Positions 38,378 through 49,868 of a stretch of 64,000 nucleotides of DNA are shown piece by piece (positions within the stretch are counted from its first letter, which is position 1; every line of letters starts with the position of its first letter). A program made the translations under genes and the position numbers. The notes beneath the pieces were generated by a model. The model was not told the DNA's origin. It made no database searches and saw only the letters and a list, made by a program, of their open reading frames with translations. This DNA is from Dendrobates tinctorius (Eukaryota). The stretch covers positions 3,534,001-3,598,000 of the forward strand of contig NW_027361864.1 of the NCBI RefSeq assembly GCF_039654945.1. The letters are read 5' to 3'.

Positions 38378-39854
38378 ATATTGATGCTCCAGCCTCCCTT
38401 TTGTGCAGGGCAACTGCAGAATGGCCCAGCTAGGAGAATGGGCGAGCTGTAGTTTCCTACACAGAGTGCCGCTGGGCTGGGAAATACTCAGCTTTGTCCT
38501 TAGGATCAGTAGGAATCCTGAGATCTTTTATGTGATAGGAATACACTTTCAAAGTGAAGGCCACCATAAAATCCTATATTGTCATCAACTTAATTTACTA
38601 TGTAGAAACAGCCAATTAGTACTTTGAGTGCACAGGGGTGTAATATTGTGAATTAGGGGTATTTCCGATTACTAGGATCTTTGGTCAGTGAGGGTCAGTT
38701 TCCTACAGGAGAAACTTTAATGGGGCCAAAGATCTAAACTTTTCCGTTATGCTTATGAGGTGGACCCCCACCAATCATGAAGTGATGGCATATCCTAATG
38801 ATAGTGATGACATGTTCTAGAGATATGGCATTAAACCTTTAACATTCACAGACTACGCAGGCGTTATTAATAAGGGTGGAGTGGCACAAGAAGGATTAGC
38901 CGAGCTGAGATCATAAGTGACAGAGTGTAGTTGGAAATAATTACATGTAATGATGCATTTCATTTCTGATTTTCCTCTATAAAACTCGCAGGTTGTAAGG
39001 AATGGCTGCATCTCCATCATCATGATATAAAGGGAGTTTACCATGCAGATGGGGCGACTCACAAAGATTTCAGCTTAGGTGACAAGACAACTCTGGCTGC
39101 ATAGGTCACCCGGCCAAAGATCGTTGTATGGCATGTGGTCAGGTGCTTGTTACAGTCACGGTACCTTGTGGGTAGCCGAGCGAACCCATTCACCCTTGCT
39201 GTAGCAATCTCTGCCCACAGATCTGTGTCACAGCCATGTAGGCAGAGCCTTAAAATGGGTTGCCCGACCGTGTCAGGATTCGCCAGCATCAGGCGTGTGA
39301 CCAAAAGTATGCGATTTGCGTACATGTGGTCACATGCTGACTAGACGTGCTTGGCCTAGTCAGGTCAAACACGTCTAGTCAGAATGTGGCCAGAAGTATG
39401 CAGATCACTTACTTGCAGTCAAATGACTGCGCCCTCCCATTCGTGTGCTCTGAGAATTCACATAGAGTGACTGTAGACTTGGAGCCTAAGGCCGGACAAC
39501 CCATTTAAGGGCCAGTTCCACATGCCAAAACCAAAGGAACTGAATGCCCATGACTTCATTCTTCACGTGTTGGATAACTTATATTCCTCATTTATAGTCA
39601 GTTTGGTGCATCGGGCACCATCTGCAGTGTAGTCCACCCTTAAGTATGGAACAACTGTCCTGCCATCTCCATCTCGTCAATGATGCCAATCATTATGCAT
39701 TGTCTTGCCCTGAAATACTCTGTGCTGCTGCGAACCATCTTTTTGCTATAACAAGATCAGCACATTTTTAAAGTTACTGTATTATTATAGTTTATAATGA
39801 GTTCGCTCTCTGTCCCTAACCTCTTATTGACCCAATATATTTCTTTTTTTCCAG

Positions 39855-40088
39855 GCTCTGTGTGGCTGCACCGTCAACATTCCCACCATCGACGGCCGGG
39901 TCATCCCGCTACCATGCAGCGACGTCATCAAACCAGGAACGGTCAAAAGGCTACGAGGTGAAGGATTACCTTTCCCCAAAGTCCCCACCCAGCGCGGCGA
40001 CCTTATAGTAGAGTTTCAAGTACGATTTCCAGACAGAATACCACAACCAACCCGTGAACTCCTCAAACAACACCTGCCATGTTCCTAG
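39855..40088 (+). CDS. dnajb5: DNAJB5 last coding exon (absent from the ORF track)
   Basis: TTTTCCAG| then ALCGCTVNIPTIDGRVIPLPCSDVIKPGTVKRLRGEGLPFPKVPTQRGDLIVEFQVRFPDRIPQPTRELLKQHLPCS*; total CDS 345 aa. Confidence 0.97.
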   Translation, partial: ALCGCTVNIPTIDGRVIPLPCSDVIKPGTVKRLRGEGLPFPKVPTQRGDLIVEFQVRFPDRIPQPTRELLKQHLPCS

Positions 40089-40238
40089 TATTATATGTAC
40101 ACAGGGGCCCGGGGCCCCATGCAATAAGTTACAGATTTGTGCCAAGAGTTTTGCAATTGAGACCTCCATTGTCTAAATCCTGGAATACCAGTCTATAACC
40201 CACATTCTATGCAGAAGACAACAACTTATAAAGCTCAA

Positions 40239-40575
40239 AATAAAAACAATAAACTTTGGAAAAAAAAAAAAGTTTGAGCCCGCCATCTCCGTGTGACAAA
40301 GGACGATGATTGAGGGCACAGAGGGCAGGCCCTGGCATCCATGTGTACTGTTATGCGGGCACTATACTAGTTCTTTGTATTTTAACATGTATGAATTCTG
40401 GACTTACAGCTGTAATTTGATTCCCTTTATAATCCGATTTATCAGTATTTTTAGCCTCAGAAAATGAACTATGGGACTTTTAGAATACGTTTTTTTAAGT
40501 AAAAAGAGAATAATTGTAAATATAATTTAATGTGACCAATGATTTTGACATTTCTACACACTGGGCAGAAATAAA
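40239..40575 (+). terminator. dnajb5: Candidate dnajb5 polyadenylation signals
   Basis: AATAAA at 40239, 40248 and 40570, downstream of the stop codon. Confidence 0.5.
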
Positions 40576-41483
40576 AAGTAAAAATTGTGAATTTTAGAAA
40601 GACTGATCCATGTGTTGTATGTACGGGTGATCTGACATTGTTAAAACTGTTCACCCGATGGATTGTGGTCCTGACATCGCCACTATCGGACACCCTTACA
40701 ACTGTAGGGCTAATTATCCGGATAGTTGTCACTCCCAAGAGGAATGAGTAGGAGGAGTTCAATAGGGAGTGCACACCCAAGATGTACTTGGAGGTGGAGA
40801 CTGATGGTGATGTCACTCCCAAAATGGACTTGTAGGGATAGCTGGATAGAGGCATCCCCTCCCCAAGAGGAACTTGTTGGAATAGATTGATAGGTCACTT
40901 CCAAGAGGAGCGTGTAGGAGGAGTTTGATAGTGAGGCACTCCCAAGACATACTTGTAGGTGTAGATCGGAAGCGATGTCACGCTTAAAATGGACTTGTAG
41001 GTAGAGACTAACAGTGATGTCTCTCCCAAAATCGAGTTGTAGGAAGAACTGGATAGAGATATCACACCTAAGAAGGATTTGTAGGTAGAGATTGATGGAT
41101 CACTCCCAAGAGGAACGTGTAGAATGAGTTTGACATTGAGAGCAGTCCCAAGATGGACTTGTAGTTGTAGGTCAAAAGTGATGTGACTACCGTGAGGGAC
41201 CTGTAGAAGGAGCTGGATAGGGTTGTCTCTCCCAAAAGGGACTTGAATGAGACGGTGAATAGTGATGTCTCTTCCAAAAACTGATTGAGGAGCTCGATAG
41301 TAATGTAATTCTTGGCTCCTGTTAAGAGAAACATGTACATAGTACCTGCAGTCTGTCATCATTGAACGTGGACTACAGGGTTAAGTTTTACAGAAACTGC
41401 CTCTCTTGGTAGAAAACAGATGCAGAGCAAATGCCCACCATAACCAAGTGACACCACCATGACCAGAAATTGTCACAACTGTA

Positions 41484-42182
41484 ACTGCCCCAGAGCAGAC
41501 CCCAAACATATATTGTCGGTGAGACAAGATGAAAACACAAACACAGGCGGGAAAATAGACTGAGCAAATGATGGGGCCCACACTGACTAGACAGGACAGG
41601 AAAGGAAAGACACTGTCTGCAATCACGCAAAAAACACTGCAAAAAGACCAACACGTCTGATGCAAAAAACACTGAAGTCACACGACTTTGCCCCCCACTA
41701 TATCAGCACCCTGGTATATTCTGAAAGCAGAGCAAAAAGAGACCAATCTAATAGGGGATAAAACAAACAGGCACAAGCAGTAACATGGGCGGTGATTCAG
41801 CACTGCCCCAGCCGGAGCTGGCTGACCCGCACCAAGAAGAGATAGACAAAACCGGATCAAATGCAAACAGAATAGCAAATAAACCACTTGGCTGAGCATG
41901 CAGGGACAGAGCTGGAGAAATCAGATCTCAGGAGGAACAGGAAGCAAATCACCAGCAGGGATAGAGGGAGTCGGCTGTCTTAAATCCCAATCTGAAACCC
42001 CAGATCTCCAATCATCATCATCATTATCAGGTGGCAAGCCTCTGTCAATCAGATCAGCTCCATTACCTCCAGTAACCACCAGAGGGAGCCCAGAAAGAGA
42101 ACTCACAACCCCTCTGTCGATCTGACCAGCTCCACTACCTTCAGTAATAACCAGAGGGAGGCCAGAAAGCGAATTCACAACA
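41484..42182 (-). mobile_element. Truncated Gypsy-like LTR fragment, same family as 2637-3458
   Basis: Shared blocks CTGCCCCAGAGCAGACCCCAAA, GCAAATGATGGGGCCCA and CTATATCAGCAC; ends TCACAACA. Confidence 0.6.
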
Positions 42183-42269
42183 AGGAGCTAGTGATGTCAC
42201 TCCCAAAAATGGTAAAATGAAAACCTGGCACTCAACTTAATGCTTGGTGAGGCAGTTTATTGTAGTACC

Positions 42270-42306
42270 AGAAAACGTTTCGGTCAATATAGACCTTCAT
42301 CAGTTA
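42270..42306 (-). ncRNA. Minimal hammerhead core (Penelope-type); stem I not evident
   Basis: Minus strand CTGATGA-A-GGTC-TATATT-GACC-GAAA-CGTT. Confidence 0.55.
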
Positions 42307-45300
42307 CGTGCTAGTATGTTTGAAAGTAGCTTGAAGGAGGGCGCTTTTTATGTTATTCACTGATAACGCCAGTAATCAAATGGTCAGAATGCTGCTGTAA
42401 CGCAGGATAATCTTAATAGTTGAAAATATCAGCGCAGCCTGGTCCTCCTGGACGTGGGTAAACACCACTTGTCACTCCCAAAAATGACTTGTAGGAGGTT
42501 TAGATAGTGATGTCACTCCCAAGAGTGACTTGTAGGAGGACTAGTGATGTCACTCCCAAGAATGACTTGTAGGAGGAGCTGGATAGTGAGGTCAAGTCCA
42601 AGAATGACTTGTACGAGTAGCTAGTGAGGTCACTCCCAAGAATGACTTGCAGGAGGAGCAAGATAGTGTCGTAGCTGCTTTTTGTTCTGACCAAGTGTCA
42701 GGTATGCCAGATCACCAGTGAGTCTGGATTGTGAGGTTTTCCGCCCTTCTGTTGCAAGCGCTTGGAGACAGAGACACAAGCCATGGTCAAATCACTTTAT
42801 CTGACGTAATGAAATATAAGACATGTTTTTATACCATTTACAACAATATGTGACTTTATGGAGCTCATTTGGCCCCCACCATCACCTCAGGGTCGTACCT
42901 TGTTTACAATGTACCCAGAACATGTTGTTGAGAACAAATATGATAACAAGTATAGTTTCCTTGAAGACAGAGACTACTAGTCTACATAAGAAGAACACAT
43001 AGCAATAATAGGCAAAAGGCAGTTGAAGTCTTAAAGGTAATTAAAGGGATATAAAGCAAACCATTAACTCTTCTATATCAATAGTAATGTCACTCCCTGG
43101 CTATTCATATTACTTGTGGTCTGTATTCATTGAATGTAATTTGCAGGGTGTATTTTTAAAGAAACTGCTCCCTCTGGGTAGTAGATAATGGATGTGGCAC
43201 AGACACACAAATGCCATCCAATCCATATGCGCCATATAAAGGTCATCAGGATTTCTGAGAGTGGGGCAGATACCGATCTGCTAGGTTGTCTTATTGTAGT
43301 TGGAGTTCATCTTTTGCATAGCTTTAAAACTCAGGTCCCCAAAGACTATTACCTAGATTTTCCTCTTTATACACTAGGCTTGCGTGGGTGTATTCATATA
43401 CAGTACCTCATTGTAAGGGAGGCTCCTAAAATAAGCATGTATGTGACAAGATGTCAAACAGGTAGCACCGCAAAGCACTTGTATAGACGGAGTCTGCGCT
43501 TTTAAATATTGTAGCAGTAAACATAATTAAAAGATTAAAAGTATAAATCCATCAATCTTTAGATGCTGGGGCAGAAGTATGAAATCCATCCAACTATAAC
43601 ACTGGCCATGAATCAGAGCTCAACTTGCTGCCACGTGATAGGGAGAAGAGCGGCCATCGGACCTGGTGCTGTTTTCTATGATGGATCTTCTGAATTTTGC
43701 TAGTAAAATCTATAGAGGAGAATGGAGCTACAATAATACTGAACCCTATGTACAAGGGTATACTGCTACCTAGTTACTGTATATATACAAAAATGTAACT
43801 ACTGTAATACTGCTCCCATGTGTAAGAATATACAGTTGTGCTCAAAAGTTTGCATACCCTGGCAGAATGTTTGCTTTCTTTGCCCTTTTTCAGAGAATAT
43901 GAATGATAACATCAATACTTTTTCTCCACTCATGGTTAGTGGTTGGGTGAAGCCATTTATTGTCAAACTACTGTGTTTTCTCTTTTTAAATCATAATGAC
44001 AACCCAAAACATCCAAATGACCCTGATCACAAGTTCACATACCCTGGTGATTTTGGCCAGATAACATGCACAGAAGTTGACACAAATGGATTTTAATGGC
44101 TACTAAAGGTAACATCCTCACCTGTGTCCTGTTTGCTTGTAGTCAGTGTGTGTGCATAAAAGCTGAGTGAGTTTCTGGGATCCAGACAGACTCTTGCACC
44201 TTTCATCCAGCCACTAACGTTTCTGGATTGTGAGTCATAGGGAAAGCAAAAGAATTGTCAATGGATCTATGGGAAAATGTAGTTGAACTGTATAAAACAA
44301 GAAAGGGATACAAAAAGATATCTAAGGAATTGTTAATACCAGTCAGCAGCGTTCAAACTGTGATTACCAAATGGAAAATCAGGGGCTCTGTAAAAACAAA
44401 ACCACGGTAAGGTAGACCAAGAAAAATTTAATCCACAACAGCCAGGAAAATTCTTCGGGATAAAAAGAAAAACTCTGTATAATATCAGGTGAAATACTGG
44501 ACTCTCTGAAAACTAGCAGTGTGGCTGTTTCTGTTTCAAGATTCACAAGAAGGAGGCACTTGAAGAAAGTGGGCTGCATGGTTGAGTCGCCAGAAGAAAG
44601 CCATTACTGCGCAAATGCCACAAAGTATCTCACCTACAATACACAAAACAGCACAGAGACGAGCCTCAAAACTTCTTGAGCAAGGTAATTTGGAGTGATG
44701 AGACCAAAATTGAACTTTTTGCCACAACCATAAATGTTACATTTGGAAAGAGATCAACAAGGCCTATGATGAAAGGAACACCATTACTACTGTAAAGCAC
44801 GTGATAGGCGTCGGATTTCCGGCGCTGCACAGCGGGAATCCCGAGCTTTGCCTCCGACGGTCTCCCATTCCTTCCCAGCCACAGAGGAGCTTGCTCAGCA
44901 AACTCGTCGGTCCCGGCGCTCTGTCCAGACCAGCTCCGTGGGTTTGCTTGCTGCTGCCACCACCCCTAGTTCAGCTTTGGCAATGCATGCTGCTCAGCAG
45001 CAAGATCCTCCAGGGACTAAGTCCTCATGTCGGGCCACTGAGCATGCCTGTGGAGTGATCTCCCATTGGAGATCAAAGGTCATGTGCTCAGGTCCTGCTC
45101 GTGTTCGGATTGGCCCATCCGAGAAGCAAGGAGGATCACGGACGCCTGCGGCTATAAAAGGTTCGCATGGCCGCTTGGCCATGTGCTAAGATAGACTCAA
45201 ATAGTTTGGTGTGTATGATGATGGATGCATGTATCTGGTGTCTGACTCATTATGAAACCCCTACCCTTTGATACGTCTGTTGTTAGGGTTTAGAGACAGA

Positions 45301-45720
45301 GTCAGCGCCTGCTAGTGGCTAGCCTGTAGGCCACAGTGCATACCGGCTGTCTGCACACGCCATTTATTTGATCCCTGTTGGTATCGCAGTCGCGGTACCG
45401 GGCGCTAGCGGTCTAGAGGGACTTCAGTCCTGCTGTCTAAGGGCTGAGTTCTGTGACGTTACGCTAGCGCTTACTCTGCCGAGCTCTGTGAGCGAAAACA
45501 GGCTACGGCATCTATTATTTGCGGTAGTGCGGCTCTAAGTCATAAGAGTTCGCCTCGGTACACCTTGGGTGAGGTTAACCCCGTGTGTGCCGTTATTTAA
45601 CCGCCATATCGCGTCCGCCATTACCGAGCAGCAGTTAACACCTCTGCACGGTGGACCCCGGGCTGCGAACGCACCTAAACACCATCTTATTATTTGGTGT
45701 GTTCCGCCAGCCCTTAACAT

Positions 45721-45731
45721 TATCTTAGCGC
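45721..45731 (+). promoter_or_regulatory. Self-priming PBS (complementary to the element's own predicted transcript 5' end)
   Basis: TATCTTAGCGC is the reverse complement of GCGCTAAGATA (3' LTR 50247-50257; GTGCTAAGATA in the 5' LTR at 45183-45193), which starts 30 nt after the start of TATAAAA. Confidence 0.82.
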
Positions 45732-45747
45732 CAGGGTCTGGCCGATA

Positions 45748-46635
45748 ATGGCGGATGAACAACGACTGCATAGGTACATCCAGCAGCTGGAGGGTAGATT
45801 GGCAGCGCTAGAGCGTTCCACCTCAGCTGCGGATGTTACCTCGGTTGCCGTTCAGGCAGCTACAGGGGCTGTCGCTCGTGTCTCCACGGCCAGTCCTGCC
45901 CCGACCTTGTCCCGCCTCCCGCTGCCCGAGAAGTTCTCAGGGGATAGTGCTTCGTGTAGGGGTTTCGTGAGTCAGTGCTCCATTCACCTAGAGCTGCTGG
46001 CTACACGATTTCCCTCTGAGCGGGCCAAGGTGGGATTTATCATCTCCCTCCTGTCGGGCAGGGCCTTGGAATGGGCCACTCCACTGTGGGAGCGTGGGGA
46101 TCCCCTGGTACAGAGTGCCACCCACTTCTTGGTCGCTCTGAAACAGGTGTTCCTGGGACCTCAGGTCACACATGATACGGCACTCCAGTTGCTGGCGCTA
46201 ACCCAGGGTTCGTCTTTGGTCAGCCAGTATGCCATCCTCTTCAGAACTCTGGCCTCTGAGCTGGAGTGGCCAGATAAGGTGCTCATACCCATATTCTGGA
46301 GAGGCCTGGCTGATCATTTCAAGGACGCCCTGGCCACCAGGGAGGTGCCCACCACCCTAGAGGAGCTCATTACAGTCTCCACCCGGATTGACGTTCGCTT
46401 CACTGAGCGAGGGTTGGAGCGCTCCAGGTCCCGCCAACGCTATAAGTTGGCTCCAAATTTTGCCAGACCGCTGGAACCCCTCGGCCCACCGCCTGAGCCT
46501 CCAGAGGCCATGGAGGTGTCCCGCACAGGTTTCAGGGCCCGGTCCGTGCGGGTACCCCCAGTCTGCTTCCGTTGTCGGCAGACTGGGCACCACGCTAACC
46601 AGTGCCCACAGCGGCCGGGAAACGCCCCCGTCTAG
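45748..46635 (+). CDS. Retrotransposon Gag with a CCHC zinc knuckle
   Basis: LPEKFSGD..CRGF..QC, LLSGRALEWATPLW, CFRCRQTGHHANQC; intact 295-aa ORF. Confidence 0.93.
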   Translation: MADEQRLHRYIQQLEGRLAALERSTSAADVTSVAVQAATGAVARVSTASPAPTLSRLPLPEKFSGDSASCRGFVSQCSIHLELLATRFPSERAKVGFIISLLSGRALEWATPLWERGDPLVQSATHFLVALKQVFLGPQVTHDTALQLLALTQGSSLVSQYAILFRTLASELEWPDKVLIPIFWRGLADHFKDALATREVPTTLEELITVSTRIDVRFTERGLERSRSRQRYKLAPNFARPLEPLGPPPEPPEAMEVSRTGFRARSVRVPPVCFRCRQTGHHANQCPQRPGNAPV

Positions 46636-49600
46636 TGGTTATCGGAGGGGGCCTACTAGACACAGCTAATTTCTCCTCCAAGCTCCTGTTTAAAGGGGCG
46701 TTAGAGTTTGAGTCTTCCACTCTGATGGTGGAGGTTTGCGTGGACTCTGGGGCGGAGGGCAACTTTATGTCATCTGCCTTCGCTCAACAACACGCAGTCC
46801 CTCTGGTCTTGCTACCTCAGCCAGTCACCATTAGGGTGGTGAATGGGGCGACACTCCCGTCCCAAATCACCCACCAGACGGCTCCACTGAGACTCTCACT
46901 GTCTCCGTCTCATCAGGAGATGCTGTCTCTCCTTGTGATGCCAGAAGGTATCGACCAGGTCCTCCTAGGGGTTCCCTGGTTACGGGCCCACTCTCCCCAC
47001 ATAGACTGGTCCTCGGGGAAAATCCTTGCTTGGAGTAAGTCCTGCGAGGGTAGGTGTCTGAGGGACTGCATTCAGGTCGCTACTTCTGAGGTTCCTGCAG
47101 ATCTCTCCTCGCTTCCCAAGCCATATCGGCAGTATGCAGACGTTTTCTCCAAGAAGGTGGCGGAGATCCTTCCGCCGCACCGCCCTTACGACTGTCCTAT
47201 TGACCTCTTGCCCGGCGCTGAGCCTCCCCGGGGTCGAGTATACCCCCTATCTCTCCCAGAGACAGAGGCCATGTCGCAGTATATCAGGGAGAATCTGGCA
47301 AGGGGATTCATTAGGAAGTCGGTGTCCCCGGCGGGAGCGGGATTCTTCTTTGTCCAAAAGAAGAATGGGGAATTACGTCCGTGCATCGATTACAGGGGAC
47401 TTAACGCCATAACCGTTAAGAACAAGTATCCTCTGCCCCTGATATCGGAACTATTTGATAGGCTTCGGGGAGCGAGAGTGTTTACTAAGCTTGATCTGCG
47501 GGGAGCCTATAACCTGATTCGCATCCGTGATGGGGACGAATGGAAGACGGCATTTAACACCAGAGATGGGCACTATGAATATCTGGTGATGCCCTTCGGG
47601 CTATGTAACGCCCCAGCCATCTTCGAAGATTTTGTGAACGATATCTTCCGGGATATGCTTGCCACCTCGGTAGTAGTCTATCTGGATGATATTCTTATTT
47701 TTTCTCCAGATATTGACTCCCACCGGAGAGATGTTCGCAAAGTTTTCGATCTCCTGCGGGCCAACTCCCTCTATGCCAAATTGGAGAAATGTGTGTTTGA
47801 GCAGGAGTCCTTGCCCTTCCTGGGTTACATCATCTCAGCCCAGGGTTTGGCCATGGATCCTGCCAAGCTACAGGCGGTGATGGATTGGCAGGAACCCCAT
47901 TCTCTCAAAGCGGTGCAGCGCTTTATGGGGTTCATAAATTACTATCGCCAATTCATTCCCCATTTCTCAACTTTGGTTGCACCCGTGGTAGCCCTCACCA
48001 AGAAGGGTGCGAACCCCAAACTGTGGTCGGAGACTGTCTCCAAGGCCTTCGCCTCCATTAAGTCCCATTTTGCTAGCGCTCCCATTCTACATCGCCCTGA
48101 TGTAGATAAGCCATTCATTCTAGAAGTGGATGCCTCCTCCGTCGGTGCTGGGGCGGTCCTTTTCCAGAAGGACTCGCAAGGTCGGAAGCACCCATGCTTC
48201 TTCTTCTCCAAGACCTTCACACCGGCGGAGAGGAATTATTCCATCGGGGACAGGGAGTTGCTAGCAATGAAGCTGGCCTTCTCAGAATGGAGACATCTCC
48301 TGGAGGGGGCTCGCCATCCTTTCCAGGTGTTCACCGATCACAAAAATTTGGTCTATTTGCAGACGGCTCAGCGGCTGAATTCTCGTCAGGCCAGATGGTC
48401 CTTGTTCTTCTCCCGGTTCCATTTCACACTACATTTTCTCTCCGGGGAGAAGAACGTCCGAGCCGATGCTCTTTCTCGCTCTGTGGTGTCATCAGAGGAG
48501 GAGGAGGAGGAGCCTCGACTGATAGTCCCATCGGAGAGCCTGAGGACCGTGGCTCAGGTTGCTCTTGAGTCTGTACCTCCGGGCAAGACTTTTGTCGCTG
48601 TCCATCTGCGACCGGAGGTCCTCTCGTGGGCTCATTCGTCCAGAGTGGGAGGTCATTTCGGGATCAAACGGACCACTGAACTACTGGCGAGGACGTACTG
48701 GTGGCCGCATATGGCCCGTGACGTCAAGGACTATATTCAGGCGTGCGTCTCTTGCGCCTAGAATCGGCCCTCTCGGCAGCGGCCCGCTGGGTTACTCTAT
48801 CCTCTGCCGGTTGCAGACAGGCCCTGGGAGATGGTTGGTATGGACTTTGTGGTGGGTCTGCCCAAGTCCAGTGGCAGCACCGTCATCTGGGTGATCACCG
48901 ATCATTTCTCCAAGATGGTGCACCTAGTACCACTCTCTCGGCTACCGTCGGCACGAGGCCTAGCAGCATTGTTCATTAAACATGTTTTTCGCCTACACGG
49001 CATGCCGGATAAGATTGTCAGCGACCGGGGTCCCCAGTTTGCTTCTCGGTTCTGGAGAGAGCTCTGTTCTCTGCTCAGCATTGAGCTAAATCTCTCTTCG
49101 GCCTATCATCCCGAGACGAATGGGTTGGTGGAGAGAGCCAACCAGACCCTGGTGACATATCTGCGACATTTTGTCTCGTCTAGGCAGGATGATTGGGCAT
49201 CATTACTGCCGTGGGCGGAGTTTGCCTTGAACAACGCGGTAGCCGATTCCACCGGTCAGACCCCATTTCTCTTAAATTACGGTCAGCATCCGCGCGTCCC
49301 CGTGCCCATGCCCGTGTCATCCACCGACTCTAGGGTGGCAGACTGGGCGGTGGAAGCACGTGACATTTGGGACCGCACGCCGGATGCTATCCGGGTTTCC
49401 AAGGAGAGAATGAGGTCCTCCGCTGATACCCGCCGGCGCCCTGCTCTGACCTTTGCCCCTAGCGACTTAGTGTGGCTCTTTGCCCGTAACATCAGACTGC
49501 GGGTGGAATCCGCTAAGTTCGCACCACGCTACATCGGTCCTTTCAAGGTCCTCGAGCAGATTAATCCTGTGGTCTACCGTCTAGCCCTTCCACCACACTT

Positions 49601-49868
49601 GGCTATCTCGGACACGTTTCATGTGTCTCTCCTCAAGCCAGTTCACATGTCTCGGTTTTCTGAGCCAGCTGCCAGAACATCAGATCTGTCATCTGACGAG
49701 TTTGAGGTCAATGCCATCGTGGGATGCAAGGTGATGCGGGGCAAAAAGTTTTACTTGGTGGATTGGAAGGGTCATGGTCCAGAGGCCCAGACCTGGTGGA
49801 GAATATCCACGCTCCTCTTCTCATTGCAGAGTTTGAGCAGAGCGAGGCTCAGAGAGGAGGGGGGGTAA
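46602..49868 (+). pseudogene. Pol polyprotein (protease DSGA, RT YLDD, RNase H, integrase DDE, chromodomain) with a premature stop
   Basis: In-frame TAG at 48759-48761 just after the integrase zinc finger; the same frame resumes (ORF 48831-49868); small frameshift in the chromodomain near 49795. Confidence 0.93.
46617..46679 (+). promoter_or_regulatory. -1 ribosomal frameshift signal (G GGA AAC plus predicted pseudoknot)
   Basis: Slippery heptamer 46617-46623 in gag frame, pol in the -1 frame; stem GTCTAGTGG/CTACTAGAC; loop GGAGGGG pairs with CTCCTCC. Confidence 0.8.

Larger units (their letters stand above)
40725..42670. repeat. Degenerate ~41-bp tandem repeat (GATGTCACTCCCAAGA..GACTTGTAGGAGGAGCTGGATAGT) interrupted by LTR and Penelope-like fragments
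   Basis: CACTCCCAA and ACTTGTAG motifs recur at 40725-41300 and 42185-42670. Confidence 0.75.
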
